Of a stretch of DNA of 43,438 nt, positions 25,815 to 37,062 are shown piece by piece. The number at the start of each line of letters is the position of its first letter. The stretch's first letter is position 1. Made by a program: the position numbers and the translations under genes. The notes under the pieces are model-generated. The model saw nothing but the letters and a program-made list of their open reading frames with translations, had not been told where the DNA came from and searched no databases. The stretch covers positions 143,156 to 186,593 of the forward strand of contig SCUL01000002.1 in the NCBI GenBank assembly GCA_004297205.1, written 5' to 3'. The stretch comes from Patescibacteria group bacterium. Lineage in GTDB: Bacteria > Patescibacteriota > Patescibacteriia > 2-12-FULL-57-11.

Positions 25815-28334
25815 TTACTGGAGGCAGAACAGCGTGTACGAGACGTTGAAACCGCCGCCGTACAACTGCACGTTGTTGTCGGGCGTGGGGTAGCCGGGCT
25901 CCCCTGGGGTCAGGGCCTTGCCTCGTGAGGTGCAGCCCGGATAGTTGCGGCCCGCATCCCAGTTGAAACAGGAGATGCCGGCGACGACGCTACCCACCGG
26001 ACACGCGGTCGGCGCGTTGTTCCAACCGGCGGCGATGGCGACGTTGGTACGGGTGACCTGCGTGATGGTCGGCCAGGCCGTCTTGAAGACGCCGCCCAGT
26101 TCGATGCCCGTTCCGGCGCGGATGCGGCCCGTGGTGTAGACGCCGTAGGTGCCGCCCCAGGCGATGTAGGTGTAGAGGCCGCTGCCGTTGCTGAAGTAGC
26201 CGGCAGCGCCGGCCGCGGCACTGTTTTGAACGACCAGGCTGATCCCGGAGCTGCTGCGGATGCGGGCGCCGCTGCCGGTTCCCGTGTTGTTCACGTCGAG
26301 CGACTGGAAACCGCTGGTGGAGTTCACCCCGAACTCGCCGATGATTTGGTCCGGTCCGGTGTTGTTCAGGTAGCGGCTGTCGGAGAACGACGTGTCGAGG
26401 GAAATCGTGCCGGCGCCCGTGATCGGGGCCGGCGTGGCCGTGAGACCGGAGCCGGCCGTGATCGAGGTCACGGTTCCGCTCCCGCCTGCGGGCCAGGCGC
26501 TGATGCAGGACGCGCCGATGCAGAACTGCGGCGCCTGGATGGGCTGGTTGGCGTCCACGCCCCGCGTTGCCGTTGCCAAAGAAACGGTCGTTGCCCCGCG
26601 GGTGAAGCTGCCGGCGGAAGTGTTGGCGGCGAGCGTGGCGGTCGTTCCCGCTCCCGAGGTGTTCCCAAAAGATCCGGCTGACGTGAATCCGGTCGCTCGG
26701 ATCGCCGTTCCCGAGAACGAATCCACGAACAAGCCCTGGCCTGATCCGGTGTTGTTGACTCTCAACACCGGGACTGGATCAGCGGTGCTCTTGCTGATCG
26801 CCAAAGAACCGGTTTTCGTCTCGTCGCCGTCATGATTGAGGTACAGCCCGTCGGCGTAGACCGTGTCCAGCGCCAGGGTTCCCGCGCCCGTGATGGGGCC
26901 GCCGGTGATTCCGACGCCGCTGCCGACGGAGGTGACGGTTCCGCCGCCGCCCGCGCCGCCGGCCGGCCAATCCGTGATGCAAGACGCGCCGATGCAGTAT
27001 TCCGGCGCCTGGATGCGGCCGTTGGACGTGACCCCTTCCGCCGAGGTCGCGATGCTGGTCGTGATGCCGCCGGCGCTGTTCAGGAAACGGCCGCCGATCG
27101 ACCCCTGGCCCAGCACGCCGTAGTTGCTGGTGCTCAACCCGCGGATGCCGATGCCGCTGGAAGAGGATCCGTACACCCCGGTGTTGCTGACGCTGCTCCC
27201 GAGCACGCCGACGCCGCCTTGGGCGTCGCCGCGCACGCCAGGCCCGGCGCCGCTGTTTCCGCCGCGGACCGCGTCGCTGGCGCTGTTGGCGACGACGTTC
27301 AGGGTGCCGGTATTGATCTGGTAGGAGCCGGCCATGGTGAGGTCGCCGGCGGCGTTCACGTAGCGGCCGTCGCCGTAGGCCTGGTCGAAGGCGATGGTGC
27401 CGGCGCCGGTAATCGGACTGGGCGTGGCGGTGATGCCGGTGCCGCTGCTGATGGACGTCACGGTGCCGGCGCCCCCGCCGCCGCCTGCCGGCCAGGAGGT
27501 GCGGCAGTCGCTGCCGATGCAGATTTCCGAGGTGCTGACTTTGTCGGAACCGGAGTAGGGTGCGCCGCTGCAGGCCGTGCCGCCGAACGTGCAGACGTTC
27601 GTGGCGCGCACGCCGGCCTGGGCCGTCAACATGCCGGCGGGGCCGGTCACGTTGAGCGGACCGCTGAAGGTGGAAACGGTGCCGGACCCGGTGGTCAGCC
27701 CCTGGGAAAAGAACGGTTGCGAGGAGAATTCAAGACGGCTGAAGGTCCCGCTCCAGAACAGGCGGCCGGCGCCGGTGCCGGAAAAATCGACGCTCGGAAT
27801 GGCCGCGCTCGTGTTCACCTGCAGCGTGTCCACCGTGGGCGTCGGTGAAAGGTCGAGAGAAACGTCACCGGTATCGCCGCCGCCGACCAGGTTCGGACCG
27901 GCGCTGATGCCGGTGATGTCGCCGCCGGCCGAAACGGGCCACGTGGTGCGCGTTTCGCCGCCCAAGGTCAGGCTTCCCGTCCCCGGATCAATCGCCAGAT
28001 CGCCGTAGACAACGGCGTCTCCGGCACCCAGGTTGGTGGCCCAAAGGGAGGGCGCGGTGATGGCGATGCCGGAGGCGTCGAGGCCGAAGCCGCCGGCCGC
28101 GAACTGGCCGAGGACGCCGCTGCCGGTGATGTTGAAACTGGCGTTCTGCGGCGTGAAGCCGGTCTCCTGTGCGTTCCAAATCAGTTCCGGCGTGTTGTTG
28201 AGCGGCGCCGGAGACGACGGGCCGGTCCAACCCGCGGCAAACGCCAAGCCGGAGCTGGCCAGGCCGGCGACCACAAGACCGGCGAGCGCCACGCGCGCCA
28301 GACGCACCGGGGTGATCACGGGAATCGCGGGCAT
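25815..28334 (-). CDS. Secreted Gly/Thr/Ser-rich repeat protein (fibre/adhesin-like)
   Basis: Signal peptide ending AFA; three approximately 55-aa repeats CIG.xC...WPAGG..GTVTS...G.G....PITGAGT...D..Y.D.RY.N; start taken at ATG 28334. Confidence 0.85.
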   Translation of the reverse strand: MPAIPVITPVRLARVALAGLVVAGLASSGLAFAAGWTGPSSPAPLNNTPELIWNAQETGFTPQNASFNITGSGVLGQFAAGGFGLDASGIAITAPSLWATNLGAGDAVVYGDLAIDPGTGSLTLGGETRTTWPVSAGGDITGISAGPNLVGGGDTGDVSLDLSPTPTVDTLQVNTSAAIPSVDFSGTGAGRLFWSGTFSRLEFSSQPFFSQGLTTGSGTVSTFSGPLNVTGPAGMLTAQAGVRATNVCTFGGTACSGAPYSGSDKVSTSEICIGSDCRTSWPAGGGGGAGTVTSISSGTGITATPSPITGAGTIAFDQAYGDGRYVNAAGDLTMAGSYQINTGTLNVVANSASDAVRGGNSGAGPGVRGDAQGGVGVLGSSVSNTGVYGSSSSGIGIRGLSTSNYGVLGQGSIGGRFLNSAGGITTSIATSAEGVTSNGRIQAPEYCIGASCITDWPAGGAGGGGTVTSVGSGVGITGGPITGAGTLALDTVYADGLYLNHDGDETKTGSLAISKSTADPVPVLRVNNTGSGQGLFVDSFSGTAIRATGFTSAGSFGNTSGAGTTATLAANTSAGSFTRGATTVSLATATRGVDANQPIQAPQFCIGASCISAWPAGGSGTVTSITAGSGLTATPAPITGAGTISLDTSFSDSRYLNNTGPDQIIGEFGVNSTSGFQSLDVNNTGTGSGARIRSSSGISLVVQNSAAAGAAGYFSNGSGLYTYIAWGGTYGVYTTGRIRAGTGIELGGVFKTAWPTITQVTRTNVAIAAGWNNAPTACPVGSVVAGISCFNWDAGRNYPGCTSRGKALTPGEPGYPTPDNNVQLYGGGFNVSYTLFCLQ

Positions 28335-28494
28335 ATCCTCAAACAACGTTTCCCTGAGCGAGCGAAGCGGCTCGAAGGGCTACCATAAATCACGGACAGT
28401 ATAGCACGCGCAGCCCTTCTCGGGGTTATCCACACGCGGCGGGCGCCGCGGGAAACGATGCGGCGCGGTATACTGCGGACGAACCACCCGTGGT

Positions 28495-29055
28495 ATGGCC
28501 CCGAACATCTTCCGACTGATGCGCGCAGGACTGTTGCTCATCGTTTTTGCCATCCTGCTGTCGACGGCCTATCTGGCCGGCCTTGGCAACGCGCAAAAGA
28601 TCGGCAAGGACGCCTACAACGCCGGCTACGAAGCCGCCCTCGAAGAGCGCGGTCTCACGCCCCCAGCGGACGTCCAAGAGGAAGAAGCGCCGGAACCGAT
28701 CACCGTCGTCGGCATCGTCCAGAGCGCCACGGCGGACACCCTGACGATCACCGAAGAACTTCCCGGCTCGAGCACGCCCGGTCCAACGCGCCTCGTAATC
28801 GTTGGCGACGGCGGCGTGGTGGTCGGCCTCGAAGCAAAAGACCCGGCCGTGCTGGAGCAGGAACTCGACGCCTACAACCGGGAGCGCCAGCGCGACCCGA
28901 ACAACACCGCTCCCCCGCCCGCGCCGGAGGAACAGCGCACCATCGCGCTCAGCGACCTGCGCTCCGGCGACCGCGTCACGCTCACGACGCTCGACCCGGA
29001 CTCGGACCCCATCGTCGCTGAACGCATCACGCGCACCGCAACCGCTTCCCAGTAA
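28495..29055 (+). CDS. Hypothetical membrane-anchored protein
   Basis: N-terminal hydrophobic helix then soluble beta-rich domain; hairpin after the stop. Confidence 0.75.
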   Translation: MAPNIFRLMRAGLLLIVFAILLSTAYLAGLGNAQKIGKDAYNAGYEAALEERGLTPPADVQEEEAPEPITVVGIVQSATADTLTITEELPGSSTPGPTRLVIVGDGGVVVGLEAKDPAVLEQELDAYNRERQRDPNNTAPPPAPEEQRTIALSDLRSGDRVTLTTLDPDSDPIVAERITRTATASQ

Positions 29056-29092
29056 ACACCAAGAGCCCCGCCACAGCGGGGCCCTTGTGTCG

Positions 29093-29170
29093 ACCACCCC
29101 ATCCCCTCCTTGACAAGGAGGGGAACTCTCGTGTGTATCCCTCCCTTGTCAAGGGAGGGTAGGGAGGGTT
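29093..29170. repeat. Inverted pair of REP-like palindromes
   Basis: cccctccttgacaaggagggg (29103-29123) and ccctcccttgtcaagggaggg (29139-29159), each with a G-rich tail, in opposite orientation between convergent genes. Confidence 0.8.
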
Positions 29171-29175
29171 CTGAA

Positions 29176-29895
29176 CTAGTACGCCGGCGTCCCGGTCGTG
29201 GCCAGCAGCCGCTCCAGAATCTGGGCGCGGCGCTCAAGACGTTCCTCGAGCACGGCGCGGCGTTCCGCTTCTTGGAGGGCCAGGGCGCGCTCGCGCATGC
29301 GGGCGACGTTGGCCTCCATGTGGCGGCGGATGAGCGCGGCATCGTCCGGCCGCTCCACCATCAACAGTTCGAAGGTGCGGGTGGCGTGTTGGTCGGCGCG
29401 GTGGATGCGGATCAGGATCTGCGGGCGCTGCGTCGGCGGCAGGCGGAACGCGGCGTCGCCGGCGCGCTCCAACGCGGCGTCCGCCGCTTCCATGGTCCGG
29501 ACCGGCGCGACGCGTTTGTCGAACAGCTGTTCCAGTTCGCGCATCCGCCGCTCGGCAAGCTGCGCCTCCATCCGGGCTTTCATGGCCGAGGTGGGCGCGG
29601 CGGCCACGGAGGCGCCTTCGACGGCGCGTTTCACGCCGTACAAGGGGTGCCCGTCGGTCACCGAATCGCTGGCGTAGGCGTAGCTGGTGGTGCCGCTGGC
29701 GGCCAACACCAGGACGATGATGAGCGGCACGGCCACGGTCTGCGGGCTCAACAACCAGAAGAAACGCGGCGGCGCGCCGTGCAGGAACCGCTCGGCTTCG
29801 AGGCGCAGCGCCAGGGCGTGACGAAACTCCGGCCGGGGCGCGGTGGCGCGGCGGAGCTTGGCGAGCGTCAGGCGGGTTTTGAGCGGCTGGTACAT
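29176..29895 (-). CDS. DUF5667-like membrane protein, putative anti-sigma factor
   Basis: One TM helix then GHPLYGVKRAVE...AERRMRELE; overlaps the ECF sigma 3' end. Confidence 0.75.
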   Translation of the reverse strand: MYQPLKTRLTLAKLRRATAPRPEFRHALALRLEAERFLHGAPPRFFWLLSPQTVAVPLIIVLVLAASGTTSYAYASDSVTDGHPLYGVKRAVEGASVAAAPTSAMKARMEAQLAERRMRELEQLFDKRVAPVRTMEAADAALERAGDAAFRLPPTQRPQILIRIHRADQHATRTFELLMVERPDDAALIRRHMEANVARMRERALALQEAERRAVLEERLERRAQILERLLATTGTPAY

Positions 29896-30371
29896 ATCTC
29901 GGTGAAACGTTTCATGGCGCGATGCGTGGCGACTTTGGTGGCGATGACGGTCTTTCCGGTGATGGCGGCGATCTCTTTGTGGGCGTAGCCGAGCAGGTGC
30001 TTCATCTCGATCAGCTGCCGCTGCTCCGGGTTCAGTTCGCCGAGCGCCTCGCGTATGAACCGCCGGTCCTCTTCCGCCGTCACGCCTTCCAAGAAATCGT
30101 CCGCGGCAATCGGCAGCTCGCTGATGTCGTCGTCCACGATGCGCCCGCTCGTCCGCCAGTGGTTCGCCAAATGGTTGCGGGCGATGGTGTATATCCAGGC
30201 CGATCCGGAAATCGCCGGGTCGTAGCGGTCGTAGGCCTCGAGCGCCTTGAGAAAGACCTCTGAAGTGAGGTCTTCGGCCAGCGGCCGGTTTCCCCCCACG
30301 CGCAGCAGGAGGAACCGATGGATCTTATCCACATGCCGCTCGTAGAACTGGCGGAAGTCGGGTTTGCTCAT
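29868..30371 (-). CDS. ECF (sigma70 group 4) RNA polymerase sigma factor
   Basis: Region 2 AEDLTSEVFLKAL...AWIYTIARNHLANHWR; region 4 LNPEQRQLI...KEIAAITG...HRA. Confidence 0.92.
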   Translation of the reverse strand: MSKPDFRQFYERHVDKIHRFLLLRVGGNRPLAEDLTSEVFLKALEAYDRYDPAISGSAWIYTIARNHLANHWRTSGRIVDDDISELPIAADDFLEGVTAEEDRRFIREALGELNPEQRQLIEMKHLLGYAHKEIAAITGKTVIATKVATHRAMKRFTEICTSRSKPA

Positions 30372-30433
30372 GCCAGCAATCAAAAATACCCGGAAAACCC
30401 AAAAAGGTTACCCCCGGGTACCCCTCCTGACAA

Positions 30434-31015
30434 TCACTCTTTTTCCTTCTTTCCGCGCAGAATCATCATGGCCACGATGGGCAGGACGATCCAAGTGAAC
30501 CGCCCTTCGGCGGACACGAAAATCAATCGGGTGGGTTCAAGCAGGCGGTCGGTGGCTTCCCGCGGCAGGTACGACAGCGTCATGGAAATCAGCAGCCCGA
30601 CCTGCAGGAAGCTGAACAGGAGCACATGCCACCAGCGGCCTTCGTCGCCGAGGGTGAGTGAACGCATCAGGGCGCTGCGCGAGAGGAAGAAGAACAGCAG
30701 CAGGAAGACGCCCAAGAAGGTCGTGATCTGGAAGGCGAACATGTTCCCCAGCTCGATCTTGGTCTGGAAACTGTGGAGCCAGGGCGCGTTGCCGATCACG
30801 GCCAGCGCCATGTACATGGAGACGATCAGGACGATGACGCGCTCGCGGCCCAGCGTGAAGCCGTACAGCAGCGCGCCGACCACGAAAAACAGCAAGATGA
30901 ACAGGTCCCAGGACGGATCGGACAAGTTGATGGCGCCGGCGGCGGATCCGGCCATGGATCCTGCACCGGAGAGCAACGCGCCAAAGTCGATGTCGGGCAT
31001 GGGGAAAGTATACAC
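30434..31015 (-). CDS. Multi-pass membrane protein (CvpA-like topology)
   Basis: Four to five hydrophobic segments; start uncertain (31015 or 31000). Confidence 0.8.
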   Translation of the reverse strand: MYTFPMPDIDFGALLSGAGSMAGSAAGAINLSDPSWDLFILLFFVVGALLYGFTLGRERVIVLIVSMYMALAVIGNAPWLHSFQTKIELGNMFAFQITTFLGVFLLLFFFLSRSALMRSLTLGDEGRWWHVLLFSFLQVGLLISMTLSYLPREATDRLLEPTRLIFVSAEGRFTWIVLPIVAMMILRGKKEKE

Positions 31016-31028
31016 CTGTCGCGTCCGG

Positions 31029-31064
31029 AATAAAAAAGAGAGCCGCCGACGTTTCCGTCAGCGG
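31029..31064 (-). terminator. Intrinsic terminator
   Basis: Stem ccgc-gacg/cgtc-gcgg overlapping the stop, then ctctcttttttatt on the minus strand. Confidence 0.65.
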
Positions 31065-32296
31065 ACTGCGAGAATCTCTTGGAGTCTCTCCACCAGCTGG
31101 AGAAGCTCCGTGTTCATTCTCAGGTTCGGAAAGATGACCAGCACCTTTCCCTCCGCACTGCAGCGGATGCCGCTGCGCAGGAGCTCGGCGACGACCGCCG
31201 CGCTCTCGTGTGCGTCTCGGAGCTCGATCCCCCACATCAACCCGACACCGCGAATGGCGCGAACGGCTTGGTACTGGCGCAGGCGACCGAGCAGCGCGCC
31301 GGTCATTTCGCCCAAAGTGGTGATCCAGGCCATCTTTTTGGCGTCGAGCTTCTTGAGCACGGCGAGGGCCGCCAGACAGCCCGTCGGGTGTCCGGCGAAC
31401 GTCGAGCCGAACAAATACTTTTCCGAAGGATCGTCCGACATGCCGTCGAGCTTCCGCCAGACCTCCTCGGTGATGAGGACGGCCGAGAGCGGGAACTCGC
31501 CGTTGGTCAGCGCCTTGCCCAGCAGGACGATGTCCGGCCGCGGCTCGAAGGTTTCCGACGCGAGGAATCGCCCGGTCCGCCCCACGCCCGTCGTGATCTC
31601 GTCAGCAACGATCAAGACGCCATGTTCCCGGCATCGCTCCGCAATGACGCGGTAGCAGTGCGGATTCACGGAACGGATACCGGCGACCCCCTGGATGGGT
31701 TCGAACAGGAAGCCGCCGACGTGCGGCCACAGACCCTCACGCTCGACCGCTTCTGCCGCCAACGCCTCGCGTGCCTGCTCCGTCGAACCGATCGCCGGAT
31801 CGGTGACCCAGGGACCAAGAATGCGGGTCTCGACCGGCGCGGGAAGAGTCTCCGCGCGGCGACGGAAACCGGAGGTGGTCAGCGTCGCCAGGGTCGTCCC
31901 ATGGAAGCCGTTCTTGAGCGTCACGAAGATGCTCTTGCCGTCCTTGCCGTATCCGGCCGTTCGCTGGCACTGGTAGACCATGCGGATCGCCGCGTCGGCC
32001 GCCTCCGACCCGGAGGTGCCGTAGCTCACCCGCGCGTAGCCGGTCCGGCTGCAGAGTTCCGCCGCCAGATCGAGCGCGGGCTGATGCAGGCCGCCGATCA
32101 GATCGGCCGAGAAGCCCCGCATCATGGCTTTGCGCACGTCGCGATCGCCGTGGCCAAGCATTGCGCTGCAGTAGGCACCGCAGAGAAAATCGAGAAACGA
32201 CCGCTGCGTCGTCTCGATCTCGCTGCCATGCCCTCGGACAAACACCGGTGTGTCCGCGTTGCACGATTCGTACGATGGGAGGAGATGATCGGACAT
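31058..32296 (-). CDS. Class III PLP-dependent aminotransferase
   Basis: FLDFLCG...LGHGD, SGSEAADAAIR, GFHGTT, FEPIQGVAG, VADEITTGVGRTG, PDIVLLGKALTNG (PLP Lys), GSTFAGHP; AAGGAG SD. Confidence 0.92.
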   Translation of the reverse strand: MSDHLLPSYESCNADTPVFVRGHGSEIETTQRSFLDFLCGAYCSAMLGHGDRDVRKAMMRGFSADLIGGLHQPALDLAAELCSRTGYARVSYGTSGSEAADAAIRMVYQCQRTAGYGKDGKSIFVTLKNGFHGTTLATLTTSGFRRRAETLPAPVETRILGPWVTDPAIGSTEQAREALAAEAVEREGLWPHVGGFLFEPIQGVAGIRSVNPHCYRVIAERCREHGVLIVADEITTGVGRTGRFLASETFEPRPDIVLLGKALTNGEFPLSAVLITEEVWRKLDGMSDDPSEKYLFGSTFAGHPTGCLAALAVLKKLDAKKMAWITTLGEMTGALLGRLRQYQAVRAIRGVGLMWGIELRDAHESAAVVAELLRSGIRCSAEGKVLVIFPNLRMNTELLQLVERLQEILAVR

Positions 32297-32348
32297 GGCG
32301 TCCGCTCCTTTCTGTTGTCAATGCGCCCGGCGGTCCGGACGACAGGGC

Positions 32349-32377
32349 ACCCTACTTAAAGATGACGGCGGTGTCAA
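32349..32377 (-). promoter_or_regulatory. Promoter TTGACA-N17-TAGGGT
   Basis: Exact spacing; the -35 sits in the hairpin ggcggt-tgac-accgcc right after the dnaJ stop. Confidence 0.65.
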
Positions 32378-32383
32378 CCGCCC

Positions 32384-33430
32384 CTACTTCAACCCCAAAT
32401 CCTCAAGCAGTTTCTTTTGTTCCTTGGAAAGCTTGTCCGGCGTTTTGACGACGACGAGCACGTACTGGTCCCCGATCTGGCCGGTGCGTGGGTCGGCAAT
32501 GCCTTTGCCGCGCAGCCGGATGACCGTGCCGCTCTGCGTGCCTGCCGGAATCTTCAGCTCGGCCTTGGACTCCAAGGTCGGCACGTCGACCGTTCCACCG
32601 AGCGCCGCCGTGGAAAAACCGATCTCCTGCGTGATGCGCAAATCGTTGCCGTCGCGCTCGAACTGCGTGTCGCGCTTCACGCTAACGCGCAGGTACAAAT
32701 CGCCCGGTTCGGTGCCGATGCCGCCGTACTCCCCTTCTCCACTCAGACGGATGAGCTCGCCGTGGTCGATGCCGGCCGGGAGCGTGACGCGCATCTTGCG
32801 CATGCCCTTGACCGCGCCGGAGCCGCGGCATTTGCCGCACGGCTTCTCCACGACGCTGCCGCGCCCATGGCAGGTGGTGCAGGGACGGCGCGTCTGGAAC
32901 GTGCCGAACACGGTGCGCTGGTTGGCGGTGATCTGTCTGGCGCCGCCGCAGGTGGCGCAGGTCCTCTTGCTGCTGCCCGGCTCGGCGCCATCCCCGGAGC
33001 AATGCTCGCAGCGCAGCGTCTTGTACAGCTCCAGATCGCGCTGCACGCCGAAAGCCGCCTCGCGAAAGGTCAGCGTCACGTCCACCTGGATGTCCTCGCC
33101 GCGGGAACGCCGCTGCCGCCCTCCCCCGCCGCCGAACATTTCGCCGAACAAATCGGACAAGTCCTCAAAGCCCGCGCCGGAAAATCCGCCGGGGAATCCG
33201 CCGCCGCCCATGCCGCCCTGCTCAAAGGCCGCGCTGCCGAACTGGTCGTAGCGCTGGCGCTTCTGCGGATCGCCAAGCACCTGGTAGGCCTCGTTCACTT
33301 CCTTGAATTTCTCCGGATCGCCGCCTTTGTCGGGGTGGTACTGATGCGCCAAAGACCGGAAGGCCTTTTTCAGCTCTTCCGGACTCGCGCCCTTCTCTGC
33401 GCCGAGGGTCTTGTAGTAGTCCTTGGACAT
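32384..33430 (-). CDS. dnaJ: Chaperone DnaJ
   Basis: J-domain HPD, G/F-rich region, four CxxCxGxG repeats. Confidence 0.97.
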   Translation of the reverse strand: MSKDYYKTLGAEKGASPEELKKAFRSLAHQYHPDKGGDPEKFKEVNEAYQVLGDPQKRQRYDQFGSAAFEQGGMGGGGFPGGFSGAGFEDLSDLFGEMFGGGGGRQRRSRGEDIQVDVTLTFREAAFGVQRDLELYKTLRCEHCSGDGAEPGSSKRTCATCGGARQITANQRTVFGTFQTRRPCTTCHGRGSVVEKPCGKCRGSGAVKGMRKMRVTLPAGIDHGELIRLSGEGEYGGIGTEPGDLYLRVSVKRDTQFERDGNDLRITQEIGFSTAALGGTVDVPTLESKAELKIPAGTQSGTVIRLRGKGIADPRTGQIGDQYVLVVVKTPDKLSKEQKKLLEDLGLK

Positions 33431-33432
33431 GA

Positions 33433-33942
33433 CTAGTCCAAACCGAGAATCGACCAGTCTTCTTTGTACTTCTCGATCCAGCCTTTCCCAAAACGTTTCT
33501 TCTGAGCATCGCTAAGTCGAAGTGTTTTCGAGTAATCAGGGAGCAGGCGTCGCATGACAGTTTCTTTGTGCTTCTGACCATTCTTTCCAGGTTGGTGAAG
33601 CCAAATACGATTTGTTTCTTTTAGTACTGTCGCAACGACGCGGCTTGGTAAAATATAAACATCAGGAGACTTGGTCGCCTCCTGCTTGAGGTCGACGAAG
33701 CAATAGAACATACGCTCACCGACAAGCTCCTCGTGCTTGTCTTTCATGTGCCAACCATCGTCGGAACCCAGAGGCCGTCGGGTCTTCACCTGGATCGCGG
33801 CCGCTTTGGTTCCTTTCACGTTCGTTGCGATGATGTCGGAGTTCGGAGCGTTCTCGGGCGCCAACCCCGCGACGTACTCGCGCTGAAGCAACCGATAAAG
33901 AACGTAGTGTTCGCCTGCTGGGCCAGTGAAAGGGGTTGGCAT
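33433..33942 (-). CDS. PD-(D/E)xK-superfamily nuclease-like protein
   Basis: G.AGEHYV (helix Glu), PNSDII (Asp), IQVKT (QxK), YCFVDL, YILPS; AT-rich. Confidence 0.75.
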   Translation of the reverse strand: MPTPFTGPAGEHYVLYRLLQREYVAGLAPENAPNSDIIATNVKGTKAAAIQVKTRRPLGSDDGWHMKDKHEELVGERMFYCFVDLKQEATKSPDVYILPSRVVATVLKETNRIWLHQPGKNGQKHKETVMRRLLPDYSKTLRLSDAQKKRFGKGWIEKYKEDWSILGLD

Positions 33943-33955
33943 AAGATGGCTAACT

Positions 33956-34783
33956 TCACGCGGCTTTCATTGTATTATCTGCATCACCTGACTTACCGAT
34001 TAAATCTAAAATTTCGTCAGCGGGCACCACAATCGAATAGCCAGAGTTTTCGACATTGTGATTTGTGTATTGATTCTGACGACTGTACATCTCTTCCACA
34101 AAAGGAACGTACTTTGTTACTACTCCAATAACACTAAATTTTCTCTGTCCTGGAGCGATCTCCTCAGCCTCAATGGCCAGGCCACCACTGTTTCCAAAAT
34201 ATACCGGGCAATCAAGAATAATGGTTCTATTCGAGACGTTCTTTCCAGCGACTGATCCGCGACGCAGCAGCGGCTTGTCGTATTCGAGTACTCCTGGATT
34301 CTTATTGCTTAGCGAGCTTGGGTAGCCAATCACCACAACCTCGTTTGAGACTAGTACGTCAGCGAACATTTTTAAAGTTTCCTCCGTCACAACAGTTAGC
34401 TTACCGAGTTTGGATACCACTGATACATAGGGCATGTATTTACAATTAGACATGCCAGCTCCCATTTCACTAAGAACACCTAGCTTAACAAGCACAATGT
34501 CTGCCTTTTCACTTTTCTGAATCTCTGCCTTTGTCAGGTCAACCTCAAGTACAGTCTTTTTTACCGAGAGCGTGTCATTTTCATCGTATGCAGTCAGCTT
34601 GACCTTCTCTGCTATCAACCCAAATACATTGTCGACTTGGTTTCGAACAAACAAAACGTGATGAGCGGTTACAAGGTACATGGCTTCTCCCTTCCAATTC
34701 AAGAAGAAACCGCTGCCAGTACCTCGGGGAAGCTCTATCAACACTGGGTAGTTGAGGTTGTTGTCCGGGAGGAACCTTCCCAT
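33956..34783 (-). CDS. Cytoplasmic trypsin-like serine protease
   Basis: GTGSGFF, LVTAHHV (His), ADIVLVK (Asp), GNSGG (Ser), IGYP; no signal peptide; AT-rich. Confidence 0.88.
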   Translation of the reverse strand: MGRFLPDNNLNYPVLIELPRGTGSGFFLNWKGEAMYLVTAHHVLFVRNQVDNVFGLIAEKVKLTAYDENDTLSVKKTVLEVDLTKAEIQKSEKADIVLVKLGVLSEMGAGMSNCKYMPYVSVVSKLGKLTVVTEETLKMFADVLVSNEVVVIGYPSSLSNKNPGVLEYDKPLLRRGSVAGKNVSNRTIILDCPVYFGNSGGLAIEAEEIAPGQRKFSVIGVVTKYVPFVEEMYSRQNQYTNHNVENSGYSIVVPADEILDLIGKSGDADNTMKAA

Positions 34784-34791
34784 GTTGGAGA

Positions 34792-36705
<1,914 letters not shown>

Positions 36706-36709
36706 AGGT

Positions 36710-37060
36710 TTATTTCTTGAGGTCCGCTTTCGGAATGGAGATGCGGAGGATCCCCTTCTCCACGCTCGTCTCGGCCTTGTCGCCGAGGACGTTCACCGGC
36801 AGCGCCACCGAGCGCGAGAAGCTGCCGTGGCGCACTTCCTTGCGGTAATAATTCTTCTCGTCGACTTCGGAGCTGCGTTCGTCTTCGCCGCGGATGGTGA
36901 GCACGCCGTCGGCGACGCTCACGCTGATCTTGTCGACCTCCACGCCCGGCACCGGCGACTCCACCACCACGGCCGTCTCCGTCTCATAGACGTCGACCGG
37001 CGGGATGAGCGCGCCCGGATCGGGCATCATCTCGAACGGAGAAAAGCGGATCAGGGACAT
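36710..37060 (-). CDS. Hsp20 small heat-shock protein
   Basis: PPVDVYET...VPGV...GVLTIRGE...[10 protein letters not shown]...GILRISIPK. Confidence 0.93.
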   Translation of the reverse strand: MSLIRFSPFEMMPDPGALIPPVDVYETETAVVVESPVPGVEVDKISVSVADGVLTIRGEDERSSEVDEKNYYRKEVRHGSFSRSVALPVNVLGDKAETSVEKGILRISIPKADLKK

Positions 37061-37062
37061 AG

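Noticed and set aside
29093-29170. Possible CRISPR mini-array (also 3577-4439)
   Set aside because: Only two to four units, in inverted orientation, without regular spacers or cas genes; these are REP-like.
31058-32296. Functional link between the aminotransferase and the thymidine-hypermodification gene
   Set aside because: 15 kb apart with separate promoters; the PLP enzymes in those pathways are decarboxylase-type rather than class III transaminases.
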